DNA from: Fidelibacterota bacterium
GTDB taxonomy: Bacteria; Pseudomonadota; Alphaproteobacteria; Rhodospirillales; Rhodospirillaceae
Reading direction: 5' to 3'
DNA: 64,000 nucleotides
NCBI GenBank assembly: GCA_002712165.1
Contig: PASS01000080.1
Coordinates: 27,022-91,021, forward strand
A program made the position numbers and the translations under genes. Position 1 is the stretch's first letter. The number at the start of each line of letters is the position of its first letter. Under the pieces are notes generated by a model. The model saw only the letters and a list, made by a program, of their open reading frames with translations. It was not told the DNA's origin and did not search any database. Of this stretch, positions 27,174 through 35,049 are shown piece by piece.

Positions 27174-28919
27174 ATGAGAAACGTTTTTGATTTTGTTGCA
27201 GTGCGCGCTGCTGGTCGCAGACCTGGCGGGTTTAAGACTGCGATCTGTGGCGGTGTTATTGCAGTTGTTGCTTTGGCTGGTTGCGCACCGGCTGATACTG
27301 AAATGGCGGCAAATTATGCGCAGGTCTCGCCGGAAGTGGGTGGCCCCTCCGTTGTGCGCCGCCTGACCCGCCATCAGTACAGGACAATTATCAAAGACCT
27401 GTTTGGCTCGAGTATTGTTGTAGGTGGTCCGTTTGAGCCGGATGTTAGAGAGTCGGGGTTGTTGGCGGTTGGAGCGAGCAAGGTTAGCATCGCCTCGACT
27501 GGGCTGGATGGTTACAACAAGATGGCCCGTATCATAGCTGCGCAGGTGTTTGATGAGGATCATCGTGGCATGTTGCTGGGCTGCGAGCCTGCTAATGCAG
27601 ATGAGCCAGATGATGCGTGCGCTCGGGAGTTTTTGGGTCGCGTTGGTCGCCTTATGTACCGCCGACCGCTAACAGATGACGAGTTGCAGAGCCGTGTGAA
27701 TGTAGCTAACGAAAGTGCAAAGACTCGCGGTAACTTTTATCTCGGTTTAGAAACGAGCCTTGTAACGATGCTTGTTTCGCCCAATTTCCTTTTTGTCCAT
27801 GAGTCCTCGGAGCCGGATCCTCTTCATGCAGGCTTGGAGAGGCTTGATGCATATTCTAAGGCGGTGCGTTTGAGCTTTTTCTTTTGGAATAATGCCCCCG
27901 ACGAAGCTCTTCTTGCGGCAGCCGAAGATGGCTCCTTGCATACTCAAAAAGGCCTAGAAGCTCAGGTGAGCCGTATGTTGGGTTCTCCGCAAATGGAGTC
28001 AGGGATCCGCGCCTTCTTCACGGATATGTTAGAATTTGAGCTTTTTGACACTTTATCCAAGGACCAGGTCCTTTTTCCTAAATTCAATTTCACCCTTGCT
28101 GAGGCGGCGAAGGAGCAAACACTTAGGACTATCGTTGATCACCTTCTGGTTAAGAAGGGCGATTATCGCGGCCTTTATACAACCCCTAATACTTTTCTGA
28201 CTCGGCCATTAGCGGCTGTCTATCAGGTGCCTTTGAGCGGGTTGGCTAAAAAGTGGGTGCCTTACGAATACCCTGCTGGTGTCCAGCATGCTGGTATTCT
28301 TTCGCAGGTGAGTTTCGTATCGCTACATTCGCACCCGGCGCGCACGTCGCCAACTCTGCGCGGAAAGGCGTTACGTGAGGTGCTCTTGTGCCAAAAAGTA
28401 CCTGATCCGCCTGGTGCTGTTAACTTCGATATCATTCAGGATGTTACTAATGTAAATTTCAGGACTGTGCGTCAGCGGCTTGACGCACATGCGTCAGAGC
28501 CTATGTGCGTGGGATGCCATAAAATTACTGACCCCATGGGCCTGGCGCTTGAGAACTTTGATACGATTGGAGGATTCCGCTCGTCAGAGAATGGCGCACC
28601 TATAGATACAAGCGGAAGTCTTGACGGTATCGAGTTTCAGGATGCGCTTGGCCTTGGTAAGGCCATGCACGATAACCCGGCCACAGTCTCTTGTCTTACG
28701 GACCGGGTTTATAGCTACGGTGTTGGGCGTGAGCCGACTGCTGCCGAATCAGATTGGTTGAAATCTGTGATTCTGAAGGATTTCGAAGCAAGCGGCTACC
28801 AGGTCCCAGCGTTGATGAAGCGTATCGCGACAAGTAGTCCCTTTTTTCGAATCAATACGGCCGAGACCAATGAGGGCCAGCAAGAAGCGTTGGTCTCGTC
28901 CAAAACTAATATCCAATAG
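27174..28919 (+). CDS. DUF1592/DUF1588/DUF1585-type (planctomycete PSD-like) lipoprotein with a CxxCH haem motif
   Basis: Lipobox VALAGC. CVGCHKITDPMGLALENFDTIGGFR (codons at 28506-28520 encode CVGCH) matches the DUF1585-type signature. The start could instead be ATG 27135. Confidence 0.8.
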   Translation: MRNVFDFVAVRAAGRRPGGFKTAICGGVIAVVALAGCAPADTEMAANYAQVSPEVGGPSVVRRLTRHQYRTIIKDLFGSSIVVGGPFEPDVRESGLLAVGASKVSIASTGLDGYNKMARIIAAQVFDEDHRGMLLGCEPANADEPDDACAREFLGRVGRLMYRRPLTDDELQSRVNVANESAKTRGNFYLGLETSLVTMLVSPNFLFVHESSEPDPLHAGLERLDAYSKAVRLSFFFWNNAPDEALLAAAEDGSLHTQKGLEAQVSRMLGSPQMESGIRAFFTDMLEFELFDTLSKDQVLFPKFNFTLAEAAKEQTLRTIVDHLLVKKGDYRGLYTTPNTFLTRPLAAVYQVPLSGLAKKWVPYEYPAGVQHAGILSQVSFVSLHSHPARTSPTLRGKALREVLLCQKVPDPPGAVNFDIIQDVTNVNFRTVRQRLDAHASEPMCVGCHKITDPMGLALENFDTIGGFRSSENGAPIDTSGSLDGIEFQDALGLGKAMHDNPATVSCLTDRVYSYGVGREPTAAESDWLKSVILKDFEASGYQVPALMKRIATSSPFFRINTAETNEGQQEALVSSKTNIQ

Positions 28920-28930
28920 GAGGTGTACAA

Positions 28931-30301
28931 ATGAGTGCAGTGAATAAAATGGCGTCACGTCGTCGGGTTCTTCGTGGCATGATGGGTGGCTCGGCGGTAA
29001 CCGTCGCGTTGCCGTTCCTTGACTGCTTTCTGAATTCAAAGGGCACGGCTTTGGCTGCAACAGGCAAAGCGCTCCCCGTGGTTTTTGGTAACTGGTACTG
29101 GGGTTGTGGCTTGACGCCAGGCCGTTGGGAACCAGCCATGACTGGAAAGTTCAGTGGGCCGCTCCCCCCAGAAATCGCAGCCTTAGAGCCCTTTCGGGAT
29201 AAACTGAACATTTATTCCGGCATGAAAGTTTACTTGGACGGGAAGCCGCCGCGCCCACACACTAGTGGTCGGCAGGCTTGCCAATCTGGTCACGTGCCGC
29301 ATGGAGAGGGTGATGGTGAACATCAGAGTGTTGACTCAATAATCTCAGGAGTTGTGGGTAAACGAACCCGCTTCCGTTCGCTAGAAGTGGCATCTACCGG
29401 TAACCCGAAAGATAGCGTCAGTCGTCGCAGTTCTACGGTGATGAACCCATCTGAAGGTGACCCTGCTGCGCTTTATGCGCGAGTCTTTGGTCCTGAATTC
29501 GTGGATCCCAATGCAGCTGACTTTGAGCCGGATCCTCTTATCATGGCTGAGCGCAGCGCGCTCTCGGTAGTGAAGGACGAGCGACAAGCTCTGATGAGGG
29601 ATCTGGGTGCCACTGACAGGGCCCGCCTCGATGAGTATTTTACCTCGTTACGTGAGTTAGAGGGGCGTTTGGACATCGAACTTAGCAAGCCTGCTCCTTT
29701 GGAATCATGCACAACACCTGATCAAGTGGCTAGCTTTGAGATTGATAATCGCGGCTATTCAGGGGTTGAAATTGACTCGGTGATAGAGCGCAATAAGTTG
29801 TTCTCGAGGCTTTTGGCACATGCAGTGGCGTGTGACCAAACTCGAGTGTTCAATGTTTCGTTCAGCGATTCTCAGTCAAGTCTCAGACATGCTGGCGATA
29901 CGACAACTCACCATATCCTAACTCATGAAGAAGCCATCGATGAGGAGCTCGGCTATCAGCCAAGAGCAACCTCTTTCTTTGGGCCGATCATTGAGGGGTT
30001 CGCGTTAATGGCGCAGGAACTGGCGAACATCCGGGAGGGTGAAGGGACGCTTCTGGATCGCTCGTTAGTGTTGGCTAGTAGTGAGTCTGGCTTAGCCAAG
30101 ATCCATGGTGTCGAGAATCTCCCGTTGTTCACCCTCGGTGGAGCTGGAGGACGGATACGTACGGGTATGCACCTTCAGCCGAAGGGTGATGCTGTGACAC
30201 GCGTTGGCCTAACACTTCAGCAAGTCATGGGTGTGTCCACGAGCTCGTGGGGTACAGGATCTATGGAAACGACGAAGGCCTTTAACGAAGTTATTGTCTA
30301 A
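28931..30301 (+). CDS. DUF1552-type protein with a twin-arginine signal
   Basis: MASRRRVLRGMMGGSAVTVALPF Tat motif. AGGAGG lies 7 nt before the ATG. DUF1552 is the usual partner of DUF1592 proteins. Confidence 0.8.
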   Translation: MSAVNKMASRRRVLRGMMGGSAVTVALPFLDCFLNSKGTALAATGKALPVVFGNWYWGCGLTPGRWEPAMTGKFSGPLPPEIAALEPFRDKLNIYSGMKVYLDGKPPRPHTSGRQACQSGHVPHGEGDGEHQSVDSIISGVVGKRTRFRSLEVASTGNPKDSVSRRSSTVMNPSEGDPAALYARVFGPEFVDPNAADFEPDPLIMAERSALSVVKDERQALMRDLGATDRARLDEYFTSLRELEGRLDIELSKPAPLESCTTPDQVASFEIDNRGYSGVEIDSVIERNKLFSRLLAHAVACDQTRVFNVSFSDSQSSLRHAGDTTTHHILTHEEAIDEELGYQPRATSFFGPIIEGFALMAQELANIREGEGTLLDRSLVLASSESGLAKIHGVENLPLFTLGGAGGRIRTGMHLQPKGDAVTRVGLTLQQVMGVSTSSWGTGSMETTKAFNEVIV

Positions 30302-30451
30302 GCTTATTAGGTCGATAGAAGTCGGGTGCTGTGTGCTGTGTCGAGAAGAGACATATTTGCGCAGCACCCTTAGCTTTACGTAACTTAACTTCAGAACGAG
30401 CGCGACCGCCTTACTGGTAAGAGCGGCAAATTGAGAATTAGGAGAGTAGCA

Positions 30452-31924
30452 ATGCGCATTTCGACTTCCTTGGCAATTGCCGGTTTGGGAGCGTTGATGT
30501 TGAACGTAAGCATCTCTGGACAGATTGGCGCTGCGGAATTGGCACCATTAGAGGCTCCGATGGGTGTTACATATTCAACCGTTGAGCCGCAGATACCGCC
30601 AGGCGTTAGTGCTGATCAGATTGCTTTAGCGCGTTCCATGGGATTCATTAAAAACGTGGATGTTTTCGCCGATGTTAATGGTATGACTTTGTATACCTAC
30701 AATCCCGCCCCCAAGCTATCTGCAGATTCTACGATAGGTACATTAGTTGATAATGAAGACTCAAAAGCTGTTTTAGAAAAACACTTTCCTGGTCTTTCAG
30801 AAAATCCTGCGTTGGGCCAGGCGCGAGGGTTGAACTTAAAAGCGGTTAAGCAATTTCTGCCAGGACTGACAGATGAGAAACTAGTCGATATTGATAAAGA
30901 GCTTGGCGCGATTGAGGTCCCGCTCGATCCAGCTACAGCTATGTGTGTTGACGAATGTGCTTCCGAGTGGCCGCCGTTTCTCGCTAGAGAAGACGTTCAA
31001 AGAACGACGGGAACCTGGTCCGTCGTCATGCGACCAGATGGGTCGCGCCAGTGGGCATTAGCCGGAAAGCCTGTACACACCTATTCCAAGGATGACAAGC
31101 CGGGTGAGGCCAAAGGGAATAAGGCTGAAGGAAAATGGGAGCAGGCTGTAAGGATTGATAGCCTTGAGAATATGCTTTTGCCCGTTGGTATTAGCATTAA
31201 CGAGACTCTGAACTATGACGCTAGACTCCTAGTCAATTCAGACGGCTTAACACTTTACACATTTGATCAAGATAAGCCTGGTCAGTCTGTATGTGCTGGT
31301 GAGTGCGCAAGGATCTGGCCACCCCTCGAAGCTCCGCGCCTTGCAGTTTCCGTTGGTGATTTCTCGGTGATTGATCGTAGTGATGGTCTGAAACAGTGGG
31401 CTTACAATGCCCAGCCTCTCTATACTTTCATTGGTGACGATGAGAAAGGTACTGCTAATGGTGATGGTGTAGCGAAGGTATGGCATCAAGCTGAACTTAT
31501 TCGTTATTATTTTCCTGACACGGTTCAAGTCTTACAACACCCAAAGCATGGGCCAATGTTAGCTACAAAAGATGGTCTCACTTTATATGCACGCGATAAG
31601 CACCGCTTCACTCTAGCGGGTGGTAGTCATGATGATCGCAGTGCGCTAAGGGGTAAACCGTCCACCGGTGCGAGCCTAGGTACTTCGACTTGCGTAGATG
31701 ATTGCTTGCAAGAATTTATTCCGCTCGTGACTAGCGCAGATGCACAACCTTGGGGTGAGTGGACTGTGGTTACACGAGATGATGGAATCGAACAGTGGGC
31801 TTATCGAGGTTATCCGCTGTACCAATACAAGGAAGACAGGGCTCCGGGCGATGCTATAGCTCATGATATTTATGAACTAACCGATGGCCGAACAGGGCTG
31901 TATTGGCGGGTTGCGCTGCCCTAG
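30452..31924 (+). CDS. secreted COG4315-type (Yx[FWY]xxD lipoprotein repeat) protein, three modules
   Basis: Signal peptide followed by three repeats of G(L/M)TLY...C..(E/D)C....(W/F)(P/I)P...W...G.P(L/V)(Y/H).(F/Y)..D, containing CVDECASEW, CAGECARIW and CVDDCLQEF. Confidence 0.75.
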   Translation: MRISTSLAIAGLGALMLNVSISGQIGAAELAPLEAPMGVTYSTVEPQIPPGVSADQIALARSMGFIKNVDVFADVNGMTLYTYNPAPKLSADSTIGTLVDNEDSKAVLEKHFPGLSENPALGQARGLNLKAVKQFLPGLTDEKLVDIDKELGAIEVPLDPATAMCVDECASEWPPFLAREDVQRTTGTWSVVMRPDGSRQWALAGKPVHTYSKDDKPGEAKGNKAEGKWEQAVRIDSLENMLLPVGISINETLNYDARLLVNSDGLTLYTFDQDKPGQSVCAGECARIWPPLEAPRLAVSVGDFSVIDRSDGLKQWAYNAQPLYTFIGDDEKGTANGDGVAKVWHQAELIRYYFPDTVQVLQHPKHGPMLATKDGLTLYARDKHRFTLAGGSHDDRSALRGKPSTGASLGTSTCVDDCLQEFIPLVTSADAQPWGEWTVVTRDDGIEQWAYRGYPLYQYKEDRAPGDAIAHDIYELTDGRTGLYWRVALP

Positions 31925-31944
31925 CATCTATTCACAATAAAAAA

Positions 31945-31980
31945 GGCCGCGCCGTCTTCTCAGACGGCGCGGCCTTTTTT
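31945..31980 (+). terminator. rho-independent terminator
   Basis: 13-bp GC-rich stem GGCCGCGCCGTCT/AGACGGCGCGGCC, a 4-nt loop and a T6 tail. The A-run upstream suggests it could work in both directions. Confidence 0.85.
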
Positions 31981-32145
31981 ATTTCTGAGCCCGCACCCAT
32001 CTTGGCCTCTGACTTTAGTAAAAACCATCTATTGTCTACGTAAAATCACATTCTTTCAGGGGCTTATGAGCTCCGATATATTCTATATAAGCAACTAATT
32101 ATAGTTTGCATTATTAACTGTGAACTGATAATTAGCTCTATATTC

Positions 32146-32165
32146 GATAATAAGAATGATTATCA
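32146..32165 (+). promoter_or_regulatory. Fur-box-like operator upstream of the porin gene
   Basis: GATAATAAGAATGATTATC matches 16/19 of the classical GATAATGATAATCATTATC. The inner TAAGAATGATTATCA matches 12/14 of the 7-1-7 consensus. A weaker GATAAT-containing site at 32127-32145 abuts it. Confidence 0.6.
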
Positions 32166-32233
32166 GAAATAATTACGATCGCCCAGTTAAAGCTTCAGTG
32201 TGGGTGTTTTTTACGACTAGGAGATACATCTCT

Positions 32234-33463
32234 ATGAATAAGCATAATTACTTTAAGCGCAAAGGAACAAGTATAGCGACGGCTATTACGGTGTCCTCAG
32301 TCGCAATGTTTGGATTAACTGTACCCGCGTATGCGGATTCGCATGCTGATCCTGCAACTGTAGAAAAACTTGAAAACCTACAAAAGCAAATCGACGGGCT
32401 TGAAGAGCAACTCGAAGCGGCAGCCGACGCGATGGATAACGCAGCACAGGGTCCAGGAATGTCAACTGGAGGCTGGTGGAACCGTACGAGTGTAGGTGGC
32501 TATGGAGAGCTGCACTACAACGGTGGCAAAAAAGACCAGCTCGATTTTCACCGCTTCGTTCTATTTATTAATCATGAATTTAGTGACCGTATAAGACTTT
32601 ATACCGAGTTTGAACTAGAACATTCTCTCGCCGGTGAAGGAAAGCCCGGTGAAGTTGAACTTGAGCAAGCTTGGATGGAGTATGATTTAGGGTCCAATAC
32701 ACAAGCGCGAGCGGGCCTTTACATCATCCCAGTCGGCCTTTTAAACGAAACACACGAACCACCTACATTTTATGGCACGGAACGCAACCCTGTAGAGAAA
32801 AATATAATTCCTACTACATGGTGGGAAGGTGGAGCAGGTATTGTCCATCGTATGGATAATGGGCTGACTGTTGAAGGTCATATCCACGGTGGCCTAGATG
32901 TTCCTAATAGTAGTTATAAAATTCGCAGTGGCCGACAAAAAGTTGCTAACGCAACTCTGCGGAAACCAGCTTTCACTGGCCGTATCAAATACACGGGTAT
33001 TCCTGGTGTCGAACTTGCAACGTCTCTTCAATATCAGAGCGATATAACTCAAGCTGATCCAGGTGATACAAAATCAAGTGCGACACTGTGGGAAGCTCAT
33101 GCTGTTATTGATCGAGCCATCAACGAGAACGTGCGTGTAGGATTTAAAGCTCTCTATGCACGCTGGGACATTAGTGGTTCTGCTGCAAAGGCAATTGGAG
33201 CAAATAAACAGGATGGTTGGTATATTGAGCCATCTATAAGATTTGCCACAGCGGCTGGAGATGTTGGTTTCTTCGCTCGTTATCATAAGTATGATAACAA
33301 GGGAGGCGATGCGGTCGCTTCCGCGTATAAGGGAACAGCCCTTGGGGTTAATTATTGGGTTCATCCCAATGCTGTTCTAAAGCTTGATTACGAATGGCAA
33401 GATCCTCCTCCAGGTAAATCTAAGGATAATAAGATTCACATAGGCTTTGGATATATGTTCTAG
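32234..33463 (+). CDS. outer-membrane porin-like beta-barrel with an N-terminal coiled coil
   Basis: Signal peptide ...TVPAYADS, a coiled coil LENLQKQIDGLEEQLEAAADAM, alternating beta-strand pattern, and a C-terminal GFGYMF (terminal Phe). AGGAGA lies before ATG 32234. It resembles the phosphate-porin O/P family, but this is unverified. Confidence 0.7.
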   Translation: MNKHNYFKRKGTSIATAITVSSVAMFGLTVPAYADSHADPATVEKLENLQKQIDGLEEQLEAAADAMDNAAQGPGMSTGGWWNRTSVGGYGELHYNGGKKDQLDFHRFVLFINHEFSDRIRLYTEFELEHSLAGEGKPGEVELEQAWMEYDLGSNTQARAGLYIIPVGLLNETHEPPTFYGTERNPVEKNIIPTTWWEGGAGIVHRMDNGLTVEGHIHGGLDVPNSSYKIRSGRQKVANATLRKPAFTGRIKYTGIPGVELATSLQYQSDITQADPGDTKSSATLWEAHAVIDRAINENVRVGFKALYARWDISGSAAKAIGANKQDGWYIEPSIRFATAAGDVGFFARYHKYDNKGGDAVASAYKGTALGVNYWVHPNAVLKLDYEWQDPPPGKSKDNKIHIGFGYMF

Positions 33464-33486
33464 AAAAGCTGAAATCTTAAATAAAA

Positions 33487-33525
33487 GCCGCGCTGTCAGA
33501 AAAGGGCAGCGCGGTTTTTTGTTTT
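33487..33525 (+). terminator. rho-independent terminator
   Basis: Stem CCGCGCTG/CAGCGCGG with an 11-nt loop, followed by TTTTTTGTTTT. Confidence 0.8.
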
Positions 33526-33610
33526 AGCTGTGAAGCCATATTCTAAGATTATCGTGATAATCGATTTTCACTCAATTTAAAAATAGCTGTCCCAAATGGC
33601 CCTTTACTCC

Positions 33611-33639
33611 TTCAAATGTGATCTATCTCACAGTATAAT
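33611..33639 (+). promoter_or_regulatory. putative sigma-70 promoter of the FMN-bind/PepSY/ApbE operon
   Basis: TTCAAA, a 17-nt spacer, then a perfect TATAAT. The spacer is TGTGATCTATCTCACA plus G. Confidence 0.55.
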
Positions 33640-33645
33640 TCGTAT

Positions 33646-33660
33646 TGATAATAGGTATCA
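33646..33660 (+). promoter_or_regulatory. Fur-box-like operator overlapping the predicted transcription start
   Basis: TGATAATAGGTATCA matches 12/14 of TGATAATnATTATCA and starts 7 nt after the -10 box. A further GATTATCGTGATAATCG element lies at 33547-33563. Confidence 0.55.
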
Positions 33661-33755
33661 TTCTTAACGCGGTACAATTTTACTGCCACTGGAGGCTGAT
33701 CTAGGTCCGGCCCCCATTATGGAAATGATTAGTGGCTATTTATGTTGAGACGGTA

Positions 33756-34274
33756 ATGACATTAACTAGGTTTTTTCTATTTTCGGCTTGTTTCTTTTTC
33801 AGTGGTATAGCGGCTGCAGAAGACATTTATAAAGAGCCGGATGCGTTTCTAATCGAAGCATTTTCGGGTGAAGTGCCTAAACCTAAGGTCTTGTGGATCA
33901 CCAAGGATCAACGGGCCGCGGCTTCTCGTATTCTTAATCATCCACCACACATGTTGCGCGTTCGATATTGGAAATCTGGTGAACGTACAGCGTGGATTCT
34001 CAATGAAGTAGGTAAAGAACGCCCAATAACAGTTGGTATTGTTGTCGATGGTGGGGCTATCGATTATGTGGAAGTGCTTATCTATCGCGAGAGCATTGGT
34101 TGGGAAGTGAGGAATCGTTGGTTTACTGAGCAATTTGATCAAGCAAAGCTTAATAAACGGCTATCTCTAACAAAACCGATTGATGGCATTGTTGGAGCAA
34201 CAATGTCTGTAAGGGCGCTGACTGGTGTTGCGCGACTTGCAGTCTATTTGGACAGAGAAGTAAATGGCTCTTGA
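33756..34274 (+). CDS. exported FMN-binding-domain protein (flavinylation substrate type)
   Basis: Signal peptide MTLTRFFLFSACFFFSGIAAAE. DGIVGATMS (D151-T157 of the track ORF, nt 34182-34202) fits the Dxx(s/t)GA(T/S) ApbE flavinylation motif found in NqrC/RnfG-like domains. Confidence 0.75.
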   Translation: MTLTRFFLFSACFFFSGIAAAEDIYKEPDAFLIEAFSGEVPKPKVLWITKDQRAAASRILNHPPHMLRVRYWKSGERTAWILNEVGKERPITVGIVVDGGAIDYVEVLIYRESIGWEVRNRWFTEQFDQAKLNKRLSLTKPIDGIVGATMSVRALTGVARLAVYLDREVNGS

Positions 34275-35049
34275 CCGACAAATTCAATCATCCGGTCGAC
34301 GCTCTAAGTTCTTTCGTGTTCCCCTTATGCGTTGGCACAAATGGATCGGACTTGCGTCAGCCTTGATTGTTGTTGTTATGGCAATTACTGGTGTTTTGCT
34401 AAATCATTCCTTGAGCTTAAATTTGCAGGACACTCATATAGGTAGCCCTTTTGCTGGGTACAGATCTGCTCCGGAGCAATTATCTAGCTATCAGGTGCCG
34501 CAAGGTTGGATCACATGGGTTGATGACCAACTATTTCTGAACGCAGCGCTGGTTGACGAACCTGTAGGCCAGATTGTGGGTGTGACTTCAATCCAGGATA
34601 TAATAGCTGCGGCAACTGAAGATCAAATTCTTCTTATGACGACTGATGGCTTTCTCATTGAGCGCCTTCCAGGTCACAGCCTCCCAGGCAGAATTTCTGC
34701 AATGGGCCAAGCTGAAGGTGCTGGCTTTTTAGTAAATACTGAAAAGGGAATGTTTCTATCAGACTCCGATTTTACTGAATGGATCCCTGCAGAATTGGAT
34801 GTAGTTTGGTCAGAAGCTAGTTCTTTGCCCAATGACCTGTATCAAGCAATTGCGCAGACGATGAGCGATAAACCAAATTCATTGGATCGCATCCTGCTCA
34901 ATGTGCATACGGGGCGATTCCTTGGGTCCTGGGGACCGTACCTTTTTGATATCGCCGCTGTGGCAATGTTGTTCTTAGCGTTCTCCGGTGTGACCCATAG
35001 CCTGAGATTATCGAGACACCGTAAAAGTAACAAAAATAGGATTCTCTAA
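34264..35049 (+). CDS. PepSY-associated TM-helix family membrane protein
   Basis: RWHKWIGLASALIVVVMAITGVLLNH at the N-terminus and LNVHTGRFLGSWGPYLFDIAAV.. at the C-terminus are the two signature helices. Overlaps the upstream gene by 11 nt. Confidence 0.7.
   Translation: MALDRQIQSSGRRSKFFRVPLMRWHKWIGLASALIVVVMAITGVLLNHSLSLNLQDTHIGSPFAGYRSAPEQLSSYQVPQGWITWVDDQLFLNAALVDEPVGQIVGVTSIQDIIAAATEDQILLMTTDGFLIERLPGHSLPGRISAMGQAEGAGFLVNTEKGMFLSDSDFTEWIPAELDVVWSEASSLPNDLYQAIAQTMSDKPNSLDRILLNVHTGRFLGSWGPYLFDIAAVAMLFLAFSGVTHSLRLSRHRKSNKNRIL

Noticed and set aside
30324-30369. An 8-bp stem GGGTGCTG/CAGCACCC with a 30-nt loop and a GTGCTGT tandem duplication, located between the DUF1552 and COG4315 genes.
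   Set aside because: The loop is too large and no U-tract follows. This is weak evidence for either a terminator or a structured RNA.
32156-32233. The N-terminal extension of the porin ORF, from the track start at ATG 32156.
   Set aside because: The extension would begin inside the Fur-box-like site and promoter region. ATG 32234 has an AGGAGA Shine-Dalgarno sequence and is immediately followed by a signal peptide.
33547-33569. A third Fur-like element, GATTATCGTGATAATCGATTTTC.
   Set aside because: It matches only about 10/19 of the 19-mer consensus in any register and lies well upstream of the predicted -35 box. It is mentioned as supportive evidence only and is not called as a feature.
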